From Aplysia californica (Eukaryota): 64,000 nt of DNA. How positions within the stretch are numbered: the stretch's first letter is position 1; the number at the start of each line of letters is the position of its first letter. Location of the stretch: assembly GCF_000002075.1 (NCBI RefSeq), contig NW_004797607.1, positions 274,289 through 338,288 of the forward strand. Direction: 5' to 3'. This document shows positions 12,901 to 24,900 of the stretch, one piece after another. The position numbers and the translations under genes were made by a program. The notes beneath the pieces are model-generated. The model was not told where the DNA came from. It was given only the letters and a program-made list of their open reading frames with translations, and did no database searches.

Positions 12901-15900
12901 AACTCGATTCACAACTGATGGAGATCAAGGTGAGGGCTTGTAGGGGTAATCTGCTGTCTGTCTGTCATCTTGCAAGTTGATGGTGTTATGTATTCATTGC
13001 TGTATCTGTATATCTGTCTGTCCAAACATATGTCTTTCTGCCATTCTATCTATCTGTCTGTTTGGTTTTCTTTCCGGCTGTCTGGCAGTTTGTTTGTCTT
13101 TCTGGCCATCTTTCAGTCTGTCTATGTGATACTTTTTGCTTTTGTCTTTCGACATTTGATCTAGATTAAACTTTACCCAGATTTGCTTACTGCTCAATAG
13201 CACATTGAATGATTCAGTAAGTCACATTTTTTTTTTTTTCAAATATCTTCTTCACTTATGAAATTGGACCCTTTCACTCTACAGTTTCTGTGACAGCTTT
13301 TCCACACCCTTGCACCGCTGTCAAGTGGGAGAACATTGTCTCTGCGACGTTTTGTTCATGCTAAACCAGTTTTCTTTTTATCCTTTTTGTCTCCAGAACT
13401 TCAAGCAGCAGTTAACAGATAAATCAGAGCCTCTCTCAGACCTAAAGGAGCAGGCACAAGACCTCCAGCTTGCCGGCTTCGTCTCTCATCCTGAAGCTCT
13501 CAACTCACAGGTTAGTCACGTACATATTGTAGACACTCTTAAAATTCTTTATGTTTAATGGCCACTGCTCTTTGACTTTATGTGGTGTTTAAGCTGTTGG
13601 GCTTGCAACTGAAAAGTCATAGGTCCGAACCCCTTTAGGGGCTCAACGTTGTGTTCTTGAGAAAGGCACTTTACAGGAATTTTTCTCATTTGACCCAAGT
13701 AGGCTTGTATACCTGGCCAAGTGCTTGATCATTGCACAGTATGCTTCCCAGGAAGCCAAGAATGTTTCTGAGTGTTGTAGGGTCTGCTAGAATAATAATA
13801 TAGATTGTTAGCGCATAGAGATTACTATTTATGGGGACATGTCCTGTGCAACTGCTATTCATTTTCATTTTTTTTATTTCTGCAAGAACTCAGCTCCAGG
13901 TCAAAGTCCAATGGCTTAGTAGCTGCACAATGGCTTTCAACAGAGGCCACATCTTAGTAGGATTATTGTGTGTTTTAGTCAATACAGAAACACATTTGAC
14001 ACTACCTCAAGCAGTCTTTTGAATGTACATACCTTTCTGCAAAGAAGGACATGTCGAACTTTCTTTTTATCTATAATATGAAGCACATACATATTTGCGT
14101 ATTTATGTCTATGTATTTGTACATGCATTTGTGTTTGTGTGTGTAAAATGTTACTGAGTGACTCTTGCATTTGCATGTAGTACAAGCCCTGTTCTTCCCA
14201 TTGTCCTGTAGGTCGGAGCTCTGCTGTCCCAGAACATACGCTTGGCAGAGAAAGCGGATCAGCGAGAGGGAGAGATAGAGACCACAGCTCAGAAGGTCCG
14301 CGATGTGAACAACACCCTGAAAGAACTGAGAAGCAAGATTGACAAAGCAGTGTCTTCAGTGGATGCCCTCAAACCAGTTGGCAGCAATGTCAATGTCATC
14401 AAAGAACAGCAGGAGGAATTGAAGGTGAAGTTTGTGTTGCTTTTACACCACCCTCCTTGACACTTTTTGAGTTATAACTGCTTTCATGCTTTAGAATTTA
14501 CAAATGGTAGCAGTCCTGTAGTAACATTTAAGATAAGAAGAGAAATAAAATTAGATTAGTTTAGCCACAGCTTTTTTTTTTAGGGGGGGAGAAGGGGTGC
14601 TGCTTTCTGAAAGCCAAATAGTCATATTTTACTCCTTTTAATGTTGTTTTAGGCTTTATAAAATATTGCATTTTTTCCATTTTTTCTTAGAAATGTATTC
14701 TTTGTTGGATTTCTTTTATGTTCAAATACATTTTACTGTTAGGCCTACTTCTATCTTTCCTCTCAAACATACATGGGCTGTGATGTGGTCTGCATTTTCT
14801 TCTGTTCTTGATCCAACCCTGACAAATTGGGTTTGCCTCATGATTGTTGTTTCCTCTCAAACAACTCAATATCTCCAACCAACATGTAAATCACTGTTGT
14901 GCTTGGATTTAAATAGTTTCTCTCTCTGATCTTCCAGAAGTTCAACAAGGACCGTGTGGACCCTCTGCAGAAGCAGCTTGATAATGTCAACACCGACCTG
15001 CAAGGCCTGATCCAGTCGGCGCCCTCTGGTGTGAACACAGGCGGCATCGATGCTGACCTCGAAGCTCTACAAGAACAGTGGTCTGAGCTTAGTGAGAAGG
15101 TAATGGTCCACTATAGGGATTTTTTTATAGGGTTTATTTCTCAAGGAAAAACTTTCATCTTTCAACAGAAGTAAATTGCTTTGACAGTAGAGTTTGAAAA
15201 TATTTTAATGCTATTGCACACTTTGTCAACTAGCTGGGTAGGCAAAGTCAGGGCTGAGGAGTGGGTGGAGTCTTGAGATCAGGTGGGCAAGGGCATTCTT
15301 ATGTACCCAAGTACACTTTAGTAGACTTTTGTCTGCACTTGACATGGTACTCGCAGTTTTCTGTCTATGATGATTAGCTGTCTTTTCTATTAAGTTTGCA
15401 ACACGAACAGGTGAAAACTTAAATGATAGCCTGTTCACATGTTCTTCTTCATGAGGTATGGTATCTTTTGGGTTTCACATGCCTACATACCCAAGGTATA
15501 TTGTAACATGATCAGCTTGGATTTGACTATAACTCTTGGTACTGTTCCGTCTGCCTTACAGGTGTCGGAGAGGGAGAGGAACCTGGACAATGCTCTGCTA
15601 CAGTCTGGCAAGTTCAAGGATGCTCTAGATTCACTCCTGGCCTGGCTCACCGAGACCGAAGACACAATGGCCAGCCAGAAACCGGCCTCACCTGAGGTGC
15701 GAGTGGTCAAAGCTCAGCTTCAGGAGCAAAAGGTGAGACTTTAGATTCGTAGTATGACCACCCGCAGTCATAGACTGGGGAGGAAAAACTATTTGAAATT
15801 CAAATGGTACACTGGAAAATGTAGTAATGAGTTGGTATCAAAGAAAAGGATATAGCCCACTATGTTCTACAAATAAAAGTCTTTCAGAAATACTGAACAT

Positions 15901-18900
15901 TATGCTTGGTTCAATCATTTCTAGTCTGGTTTCTTTAAATTGAAAAAGGAGTGGTACAAAGAGCAAAACTTCTAAAATTTTATTTGAACTTTGAATGAGT
16001 GATCATACTCTGTGGACATGGCTGGGAAATTGCTTGATGAAAAATAATATTAAAGGTTTAATACCAATTGAATTTGAATTGTTACTTAAAAGTATGTTTC
16101 CTGTGGAACAAGGTATTTCATGTTTGATATGGGCTTTTAGGCAGATGTCATGTATCATAGGTTCATGGAAATAAACTGTTTACTGGTCATGATTATGCAT
16201 GCTTGTATTTAGATCGTTCTGAGGTATAGAATAATCATGCCCTACTGTGAATCGGCTCCCCAGCTTCTGCAAAAGATGATTGATGACAGGGCTCCCAGTG
16301 TGGCCTCGGTCCAGGACTCTGGCAAACAGCTTCTGTCCGGACTGGATGGTGCGGAGCGCAAAAAGATGGAGGCAGAGATGAAGTCCCTGGACAAGCGATG
16401 GTCAGCGGTAGCAGGAAATGCCGGAGACAGAATGAAGACCCTGGAAGAAATGGCCGAATTGGCCCGTCAGTTCCAGGAGATTCACGAGCCCCTGGCAGTT
16501 TGGCTTGACCTCAGTGACAAAAAGTTCACGTCTCTCGAGCCCAGGTCAGCGGATGCGGAAGGCATTGAGAAACTCATCGGTGAACTTAAGGTCAGTTCAA
16601 TTTCTGAAGTTTGTTTCCAATTCCTTTAAGATGTTGTCTCTTTTATGCTCTGAGTGTGATACATTCTGCAAAAGATACTCATGTACTTCGCCTGATGCCT
16701 TGTGTTTTTTATTGTAAATTTTGTCAAGAACATTTAATAGTTACTTCAGTCTAAATTTTACCTGTCTTTTGTCATCTTTGTTCTGAGAAATGTTTTTTTT
16801 TTTCAATAGAAGAGAGTTACCATCAGCTTAGTAGGTCTTTAAAGAGTGCCCTTCTCAAATGCAAACGGCTGAAGTGTTTTTTGCATGATGTAGACTTTTT
16901 TGCTTCATTATGAGTATGTAGCAGAACTCTAATGATTTATCTTTAATGTAACTTTGCTTCTGTAGCATCTACAAGATGAGATTTCCAAACGCGAGGGACC
17001 AGCTCGAGAATTGGCCTCTCTCGGCAAACAGCTGCAAGACCATTGCAAAGGTAAAAGCCTTCTGTTATATCCGTATGGAAATTGGGTGAATTGTGTTGAA
17101 ATGGCTGTTGGCATTAACTGTTTTTTATACCAAAAAAATTTTGGAATAGTTGGTAAAGTGAATAATAGTATCAATTTCATGTAATTCTATGTGGTGTCTT
17201 TTGCTGATTATCTATTGTCTTACACTTTGACAAAACTGATAAGTAATATCCTTATTTTCCTAATTTGGTGGTTCAGAATTTTTTGTTGTCAAATATAATG
17301 TGTTTTCATTCATCAATGAAAGTACCACTGATGATTCTGATATCTTTTTAGTGATTTGAAGTGGCTTTTGTTCTTTCTTTAAATAATGTTTGGTAATTCT
17401 GATATCCTTTTACTATTATAGATTGTTCTATCTTTTTTTAAAGTACCTTCTTTACTTTCTACGTTTTCGCTTCAGGTGAAGACATTGTCATTGTACAAGT
17501 GAAGATTGATGAGGTGCAGAAACAACTGAGTGACCTGAAGAACAAAGTGGACGACTCTCTGGAGCAGATGGAGGAAGCACTGCCCCTGGCTCTACGCTTT
17601 GAGGATGCCCACGAGAACCTTATGGAATGGGTGGCCCGCATGGAGCCAGCACTGAGGAGCAAGGAGGGCACAGGGTCCGAGGCTGAGGAGGAAGTTCAGG
17701 TAACTATTGAAGCTGTGTGAACTGTTGGGAATGGGTAGAACGTTGTTGTCTCAATAGATGCCCATTTCTTTGTAAATCATAGGAACGTTATATTCTATAG
17801 ATGAAGTCTTTCTTTTTTTATTTCTGTCTCTCTCTTTCTCTCTCTCTCTGTCTCTCTGTCTGTCTGTCTCTGACTCTCTCTAATTCTGTCTCTCCCTCTT
17901 TCTGTCTTTGACTCTCTTTATTTCTGTCTCTCTGTCCCTCTCTCTGTGTCTCTTTCGTTCTCTCTCTCTCTCTCTCACTGTTTGTCTCTGTCTCTCTGTC
18001 TGTCTGTTTGTCTCGACTCTCTCTAATTCTGTCTCTCCCTCTTTCTGTCTTTGACTCTCTTTATTTCTGTCTCTCTGTCCCTCTCTCGGTGTCTCTTTTG
18101 CTCTCTCTCTCTCTCACACTGTTTGTCTCTGTCTCTCTCTCACACAGACACACATATACACACACACACACTTTTCTCCCTTAAAAGAGCAGTTTATTTA
18201 TTTATAACCAGTTGTGTATGTTCCTTTAGTCATAGTTTTGTGTTTTGGTTCTTATAATTTCCTTCTTATCATACCTACAGAACTTCCTTGAGCAACTGGA
18301 TGCTGTGCAACCATTCCTAGAAGTTCTTAACAATGAGGGAGCAGAGCTGGCCGATGTTGCCCCCGGCGATGCTGGCTTACGTGTGGAGGAAGTCGTCTGC
18401 AAGGACAACAAACGGTACGACGCAATCAAGCAGCAAGTCGAGAAGCGGGCGGAGAAAGTGAGGATGTCAAGGCAGAGGTCATCAGAGGTGAGTGGTGCTG
18501 TGGGTGGCTCATCTGTGTGCCAGGATGATCTGGACGATGAAGATTTATTTCATCTTATCAGAATATAGTTTCATAGTGGTTTGGAACTTAATTCTCACAG
18601 CATTTTCTCTTACCACATTTCTTCGTTTAAAAGATGGGGGGGAATCTGCTTTGAAATTGGTCATTATTTTGTTTTATAAATATTTTTTGGCAGTTGGTTT
18701 AGACAGCACCACTGGTAGGTCCTTTTTCTTTTCTATCCCTTTTTTTTTGGTTTCTGTTCATCCGTCTTCCTATTTCCCTGTATTAAATTATCCTTATTGG
18801 GTCAAGGTGCCTCTTTTTACTCAAAACAAAACAAAACAAAACAAAACAAAACAAAGACTCTATGACATTTCCTCCACTCTCTGTATGCTCTGCCCCACAG

Positions 18901-21900
18901 TGTGTCAACGAACTCGGTGACCTCATGGAGTGGTTTGAGAAAGGTGATGACAAACTAAGGGCCATGTCGCCTGTCAGTGACGAACCAGCCAAGCTGCAGG
19001 CTCAATTGGCAGAAATTAAAGTGAGTGTGACCATTGCTGGTAGTTTTGATGCTGTTGCTGCTGATGTAGTTGTGGTGGTTGTTCATTTTTGTCATTGTTT
19101 GATAGTGTTTCTGCTACAGCTGGGTTTGTGTACTTCGGCACAAGAGCTGATTGGGAAGGATAAGGGTTTTAATGATCTGGAATACACATCCTTCAGTGGG
19201 TTTAGTTGTTTTGTATGGCTTTAGTTTTTTATGCTGAGGGATAGACGTCTAGTAAATAAATATTGGTGTAAAGTGTGTGTTTGGTGGTCTCTGAGGAAGA
19301 AAGCAAAATATTTTGAGTTGTTCCGGATATTTATCAGGACAAGAGAATCTGGAGAAAAAAAGAGATGCAGAGAGTTTCGGGAGAAAGTTATTAGAAAAAA
19401 AAGAAAGACAAAATGTGATGGAAAGAAAGAGAGAGGGTTGAGATAAAGAAAGAGTGAGGAAGAAAAAAGAGAAAGAAATAAGGGAGAGAAAGAGGGGGAT
19501 AAGGAACAAGCAAGAGAGAAGAGGAGAGCTATTCTCGTGAACTGTTCTTTGTTGTCTTGCCAGATCAATGCAGAGTTCTGGGGGTGACATTACTAAAACT
19601 TATCATATTCATCTTGTCCAGATTGTTTATTATTGTATTGAACAATGAACTGGCGTACAGAATGCTTTCTCCTATCAAAGAGCATTAACATTTGCAGGAA
19701 AGGGTTTTTATTTCAATACTCTTCAAACATGTCACATTTACCCTTGTTTTTCTTTCATAGGCCTTCAATGAAGAGGTTGGCAACCAGCGCTCCAACATGC
19801 GAGACGCAGTGACGGCTGGCAAGAAGCTGATACGTGAGGCAAGTGTTGAGGACGAGGATGCCATCAGAGAGAAGATGGAGCAGCTCAAGGATAAGTCCGA
19901 AGCTGTTGCCGGGGCAACGGGAGAGAGACTCAGTCAACTTGAGCAGGCTTTGCCTCTGGCCAAGTGAGTAACAGTGTAGTTTAGTGAGAAAAACTGAATT
20001 TGAATTTATTTCTTTTACCTTGTCCCACTTTGTGTGTGAAATGTCAGCATTTCTGTATACTTGCTCTCTTTTGTAGTATGTTTTATGGGCAGTAAGAAGA
20101 GAAGTAACTCTTTGCTTTTGAGTGCTTTGTCTCCTTCTTTTTAAAGTTTGTGCTGTGTTTGTCTATTCCTAGAAAACTGTGACTATTGGGCTGAGTAAAT
20201 TTGACAGCTGTCTTTTCTGTGTATAGCATTCAAATCGACAATAAGGGCAATGTGTGGTCCAGGTGTTGAGATCTAAAGTTTATTCCTGAAGTAATCAAAA
20301 CTGAATAATTGTGTGAAAAGTGTGACTCTGATGAGGTATGCTACTTCTGTTTCTTTTTATTTCTTTTTTGGTCCTCATCCGTTACAGGAAAGATAGGTTT
20401 GTCGATAGAGGGCACCACTGGTAGGTCCAACTTCTTTTTCTCTCCTGTTGTTGCTTCTGTCTGTTTATCTTGCTATTCTCCAACAGTAAATGGCCACCAT
20501 AGAGTCGACGTACATCTGTCGGCTCAATTTAAACTAGACAACTAAAAGTAGGTTTGCAATCTCTGTGAGCTACAACTGTTTTCTTGGTGTTTGGCAGATG
20601 CTCTGGTATGGTTTGCTCCTTCTTTCAAACATTTATTGTTCTTATCTCTCCGCCTTCTTTTCTGTGTTTGTTACTTTCTTGTGAAGCCTCAGATCTTCAG
20701 CACTAATGACCTTATTGTGTTGCAAGTGCTGTAAAACTCTTACTGAAACTAAAATTTAACAAAACAATTGTTGTTCCTTGCAGGTCTTTCAAGGAGACTC
20801 ACGAGGAGCTAGTGGACTGGCTGGCAGAAGTGGAGCCTGCCCTGGCTGAGCTGAGTGTCATGTCAGTCGACGCCGACCAGGTCAAGAAGCAACAAGAGAG
20901 CGTCAAGGTGAGGGTCTCTAGGATTTTGTTTTTCTTTAAATGTTGGTGTTTTAACCCGCCATGGATGCAAATTAGATAAATTTGAAAGTGGGCTTTATTC
21001 TTGTCTCTGGGGGCCAATCCGAACTGAGAGGGATTCAACATTACAGTAAAAAATATGGAGATAATCGATAAAAATTCTCCTCACTTGGGAATCAAACTTG
21101 GGTCTTCTGTGTGCAATGGCTGTTTCCTACTATTTGACTTGTTGGTGTATAATTATGAATTGCGCTTGTCTCCGTCAACCACAGGCCTTGAAGCAGGATG
21201 TTGCGGACCATAAGCCCACAGTGGACAGACTCAACAAGACGGGAACAGTCCTGGCCCAGCTGGTCAGCCCCGAGGCGGCCAACGTAGTGCACGACAAACT
21301 GGACAGTGACAACAGCCGCATGGAGGATGTGAGGACGGCCGTCAGGGAGCGGTCAAACTCCATTGATATTGCCATGCAGCAGTCTGCCGAGGTGAGTGTC
21401 TCAGGCAACCTCTGAGATGATTGACTGATTGTCATTTGGAACTGTTTTGTGTCCACAAGCAGACACAATCTAGATAATTTTGTATTTGGTTTGCTTCAGT
21501 CTGTTTTAGTTTGCCAGCTAGTGTTAGCCCAGGCTGTGTGAGGTACTATGAGCCAGCAGAAAGATGGAGGTTGTTATTTAAATATTTAAAACCAATAATT
21601 TTGCATAGAACGCAAAAAGCCTGACCATTTTGCCCTAGACACCAGTACATCTGAGTAGAACACTAGAAAGAGAACAATTTATCCTTAGACAAAATGTGAA
21701 ATAATGTGAACTATCAGGAACAACTGAGATTGATCCATTTTTTAGGGAGTGAACAGCAACATGCCCAACAAATGATTCTATAATTCTTATTACACATGTT
21801 GTTTAATTAATATATGCTTGCATAAGTCAAAATGTAATGTTTTGCGGTTGGGCTGGGTTTTTTTTACAGTTTACGGATAAACTGGAAGACATGTTGGAGA

Positions 21901-24900
21901 ATCTGACCACGACGGCAGAAACGTTACAGAATGCCGAGCCCATCTCCGCTCACCCAGACAAGATTCGTGAACAGATTGAAGAGAACAAGGTGAGGTTTTT
22001 AATACTCTTTGGGCAGCTGGTGCACTTTTGTTTTAGAAAGAAGGTATTTTGTTGCCTTTATTTTCACATGAGATTGTGTTACTTACTGTTCAATTTATGT
22101 TTTTGTTATTTCTTTCATTTGCATATTGGGTTTAACTCTTTTTGAGTTTGGCCTTGTAAGTAGAAAAGTTCTGTATAAAACAAATGTAAAATGATTTGTT
22201 CATATGCTGTTAGATTGTGCATGATGGTCTCAATGAATGTTCATGATGTTGAAGTTGACTTTTTTAGCTATTTATCTCATTCTTTCGCTTTGACACACCT
22301 TCCTTTTTGTTTGCCTCACTCTTACAGGCTATTGATGAGGATATGCAAATGAGGTCAAACGCCCTGTCATCCGTGAAGGAAGCTGCGGATGAGCTGCTCA
22401 AGCAGGCTGGAGACATCTCAGACCCCGCTGTCAGAGGTTGGTTTGGACCTCCAGAGGCTTTTGCATAATACTTAATAATAACAAAATGTACATAAAACAT
22501 TGTAGCATAATCTGCACAATACCAAATATTGTAATTTCCATTGTGGAAATAAGTATTAATAACCTAATGTGTACAGTGTACATTAGCAGAATCAATAATA
22601 ATGTAATTTACACAGCACATATTGGTGTAATTTGTTTAATATGTGAATGTTAATTTACATCATATGGAACATAATTTACAAAATACCTGACAGTGACTTT
22701 TTTATAAAACATAATAGCAAAATTTGCAAAAGAGTACAGTGAACTTTGTTGAAGATGATAACAAGGGGCCACAAACAAAATTTTGTTTCCAATTACCATC
22801 TTTTGTGACAAAATGTTACGGGGCCACAAAAAAAAGGAAGTATTATTTTAGCTTAACTAATTTTTATTAGGATTCAATTATTTAAGGCATGTCCTTCTTT
22901 TTAATGTTAATGAAGATTTAGATAGAAAAAAAGAATTGAAAAGTATTTTTAAAAGATGATTTAGGAAATGAGTGGAAAAATCAATATTTAAAGGAAGACA
23001 CATAGTAAGGTGTTTCAGAAAGAAGAGTGGGTAAAGACGCAAGTTCTCCATTTGTTCATAAAAGACGTAATGCTCATTCAGTGTCTTGTTTCTGTTTCAC
23101 CTGTCTGTTCGTAATAAAACAAAGATTGAATAGCATTTCTTACAACACAGTGTTTCTGAATTTGTTTCTTTTTCCATCTTTCTTAATGGAGTTTAGCTGT
23201 GGTTCAGTCTTTGCTAAAAAGATGCACATTTTTAGTTGAAACGGTCATCATTCACCCAAAGGCTGAATCTCCGCTCAAACCAGTTACTATTTTGTCTGAG
23301 AAACTTTCACCCTGCTTCCCACCACCTAACAGCCGGTTCTAAATTTTTCCTCTGTCCAGACGTTCAGCAAAAGCTGGAGGAGCTCACACGCCTCTACAAC
23401 GACATTCAGAACAACATCCACGAGCGAAACACGGCCCTGGAGGACACGCTAGGAGTTGGGGAGAAGTTCTGGGAGGACCTCCACTCGCTCGCCGGCTCCA
23501 TCAAGGAGCTCCAGGAAGGCCTGACCAGCCAAGAGAAGCCGGCTCTGGAGCCTGAGGCCATCCGGGAACAGCAGGAGGAGTTGGAGGTCAGTGCAGTTTT
23601 GTATATCTAAGGTTATGTTTATGTGGTGTGTTGGAGTTTGTTTCTGAAGTAATGAGGGATTGTGTTGATGGGGGCATAAAAAACACCAACATTAAAAAGG
23701 AAAAAAAAGTTTGAGGGAGTGGGTGGGAGAGGAGAAAATAGAGGAAACGAAAGGTTGGGTGTGAAAAAAGAGGGAGAGAAAGAGTATAAGAGAAAGTATA
23801 TGTGTGTGTGATATTTCTATCTGACCATTTTTGTGCTAATGTGCTTTTCACCAGCCACTCTCAAAGAAAAGTCTCTTTAACCATCGTCTTACTTTAGTCC
23901 ATACACTTCTGGCAGATAGGTACTTTGTTGTGGTTTGCTTAATTTTCTTTTTTTCAGTGTTGCCTTGATCGTAATATGCTTTTACAAAATGTGGCGTCTA
24001 TTGTGCAAACACATCATGAATTAATTACTCAACTATACTTAAATAGATTATGATCATCCAGCATGAATGTGATTTTTTTTTTTTTTTAATCAACTGGAAT
24101 GCACATTCCTCAGTGTGTCACTATCTGTTTCTGGTTCTTTCTAGGCCTTTAAAGAGGACCTTGTGGCGTCCCAAGCTGACCTAGAAGACCTGCAACAGAC
24201 GGGTGACCAGCTCATGGGACTGGTCGGCGAACCTGAGAGGCCGGAAGTGAAGAAAAATATGGATGACACCGAGACCACTCTCAACGAGATCTCAGACAAG
24301 GTTTGTCGTAAAAATATGTTCACTTAATGGGTTTGCTCCTTTTACTTTTCATTGCTACTATCATAATCGGTTCCTTGTGGATGGTAGGCGGGTGCTCTCG
24401 TGTGGTTTGTCCCTTCTATCCTATTAAACACATATCGCCCCTATCACCCCTCCTTCTTTTTTTTGTGGTTATTACTCTCTCGTAACGCCTCTAATCTTCA
24501 GCTCTTGTATGACCTTATTGTTGTGCAAGTACCGTAAAACACTTACTAAAACCAAAATAAAATAAACATAATCTGTTCCTTGTAGAGTGACTGTAAAAAA
24601 TTAATTGTGCTAGCTGTCTGTAAACATCTCATCAACGTTTTATATTTGTCAAAGTAAACTGACTTTGCTGTTGCTGTCTTGTCAAAGCAAACTGCCTTTG
24701 CTGTTGCTGTCTTGTCAAAGCAAACTGCCTTTGCTGTTGCTGTCTTGTCAAAGCAAACTGCCTTTGCTGTTGCTGTCTTGTCAAAGCAAACTGCCTTTGC
24801 TGTTGCTGTCTTGTCAAAGCAAACTGACTTTGCTGTTGCTGTCTTGTCAAAGCAAACTGCCTTTGCTGTTGCTGTCTTGCTGTCTTGTCAAAGCAAACTG

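Noticed and set aside
14935-14940. NAGNAG acceptors (also 4491, 29576, 32362, 41281)
   Set aside because: Common in large genes; single-residue effect and no sequence evidence of regulation.
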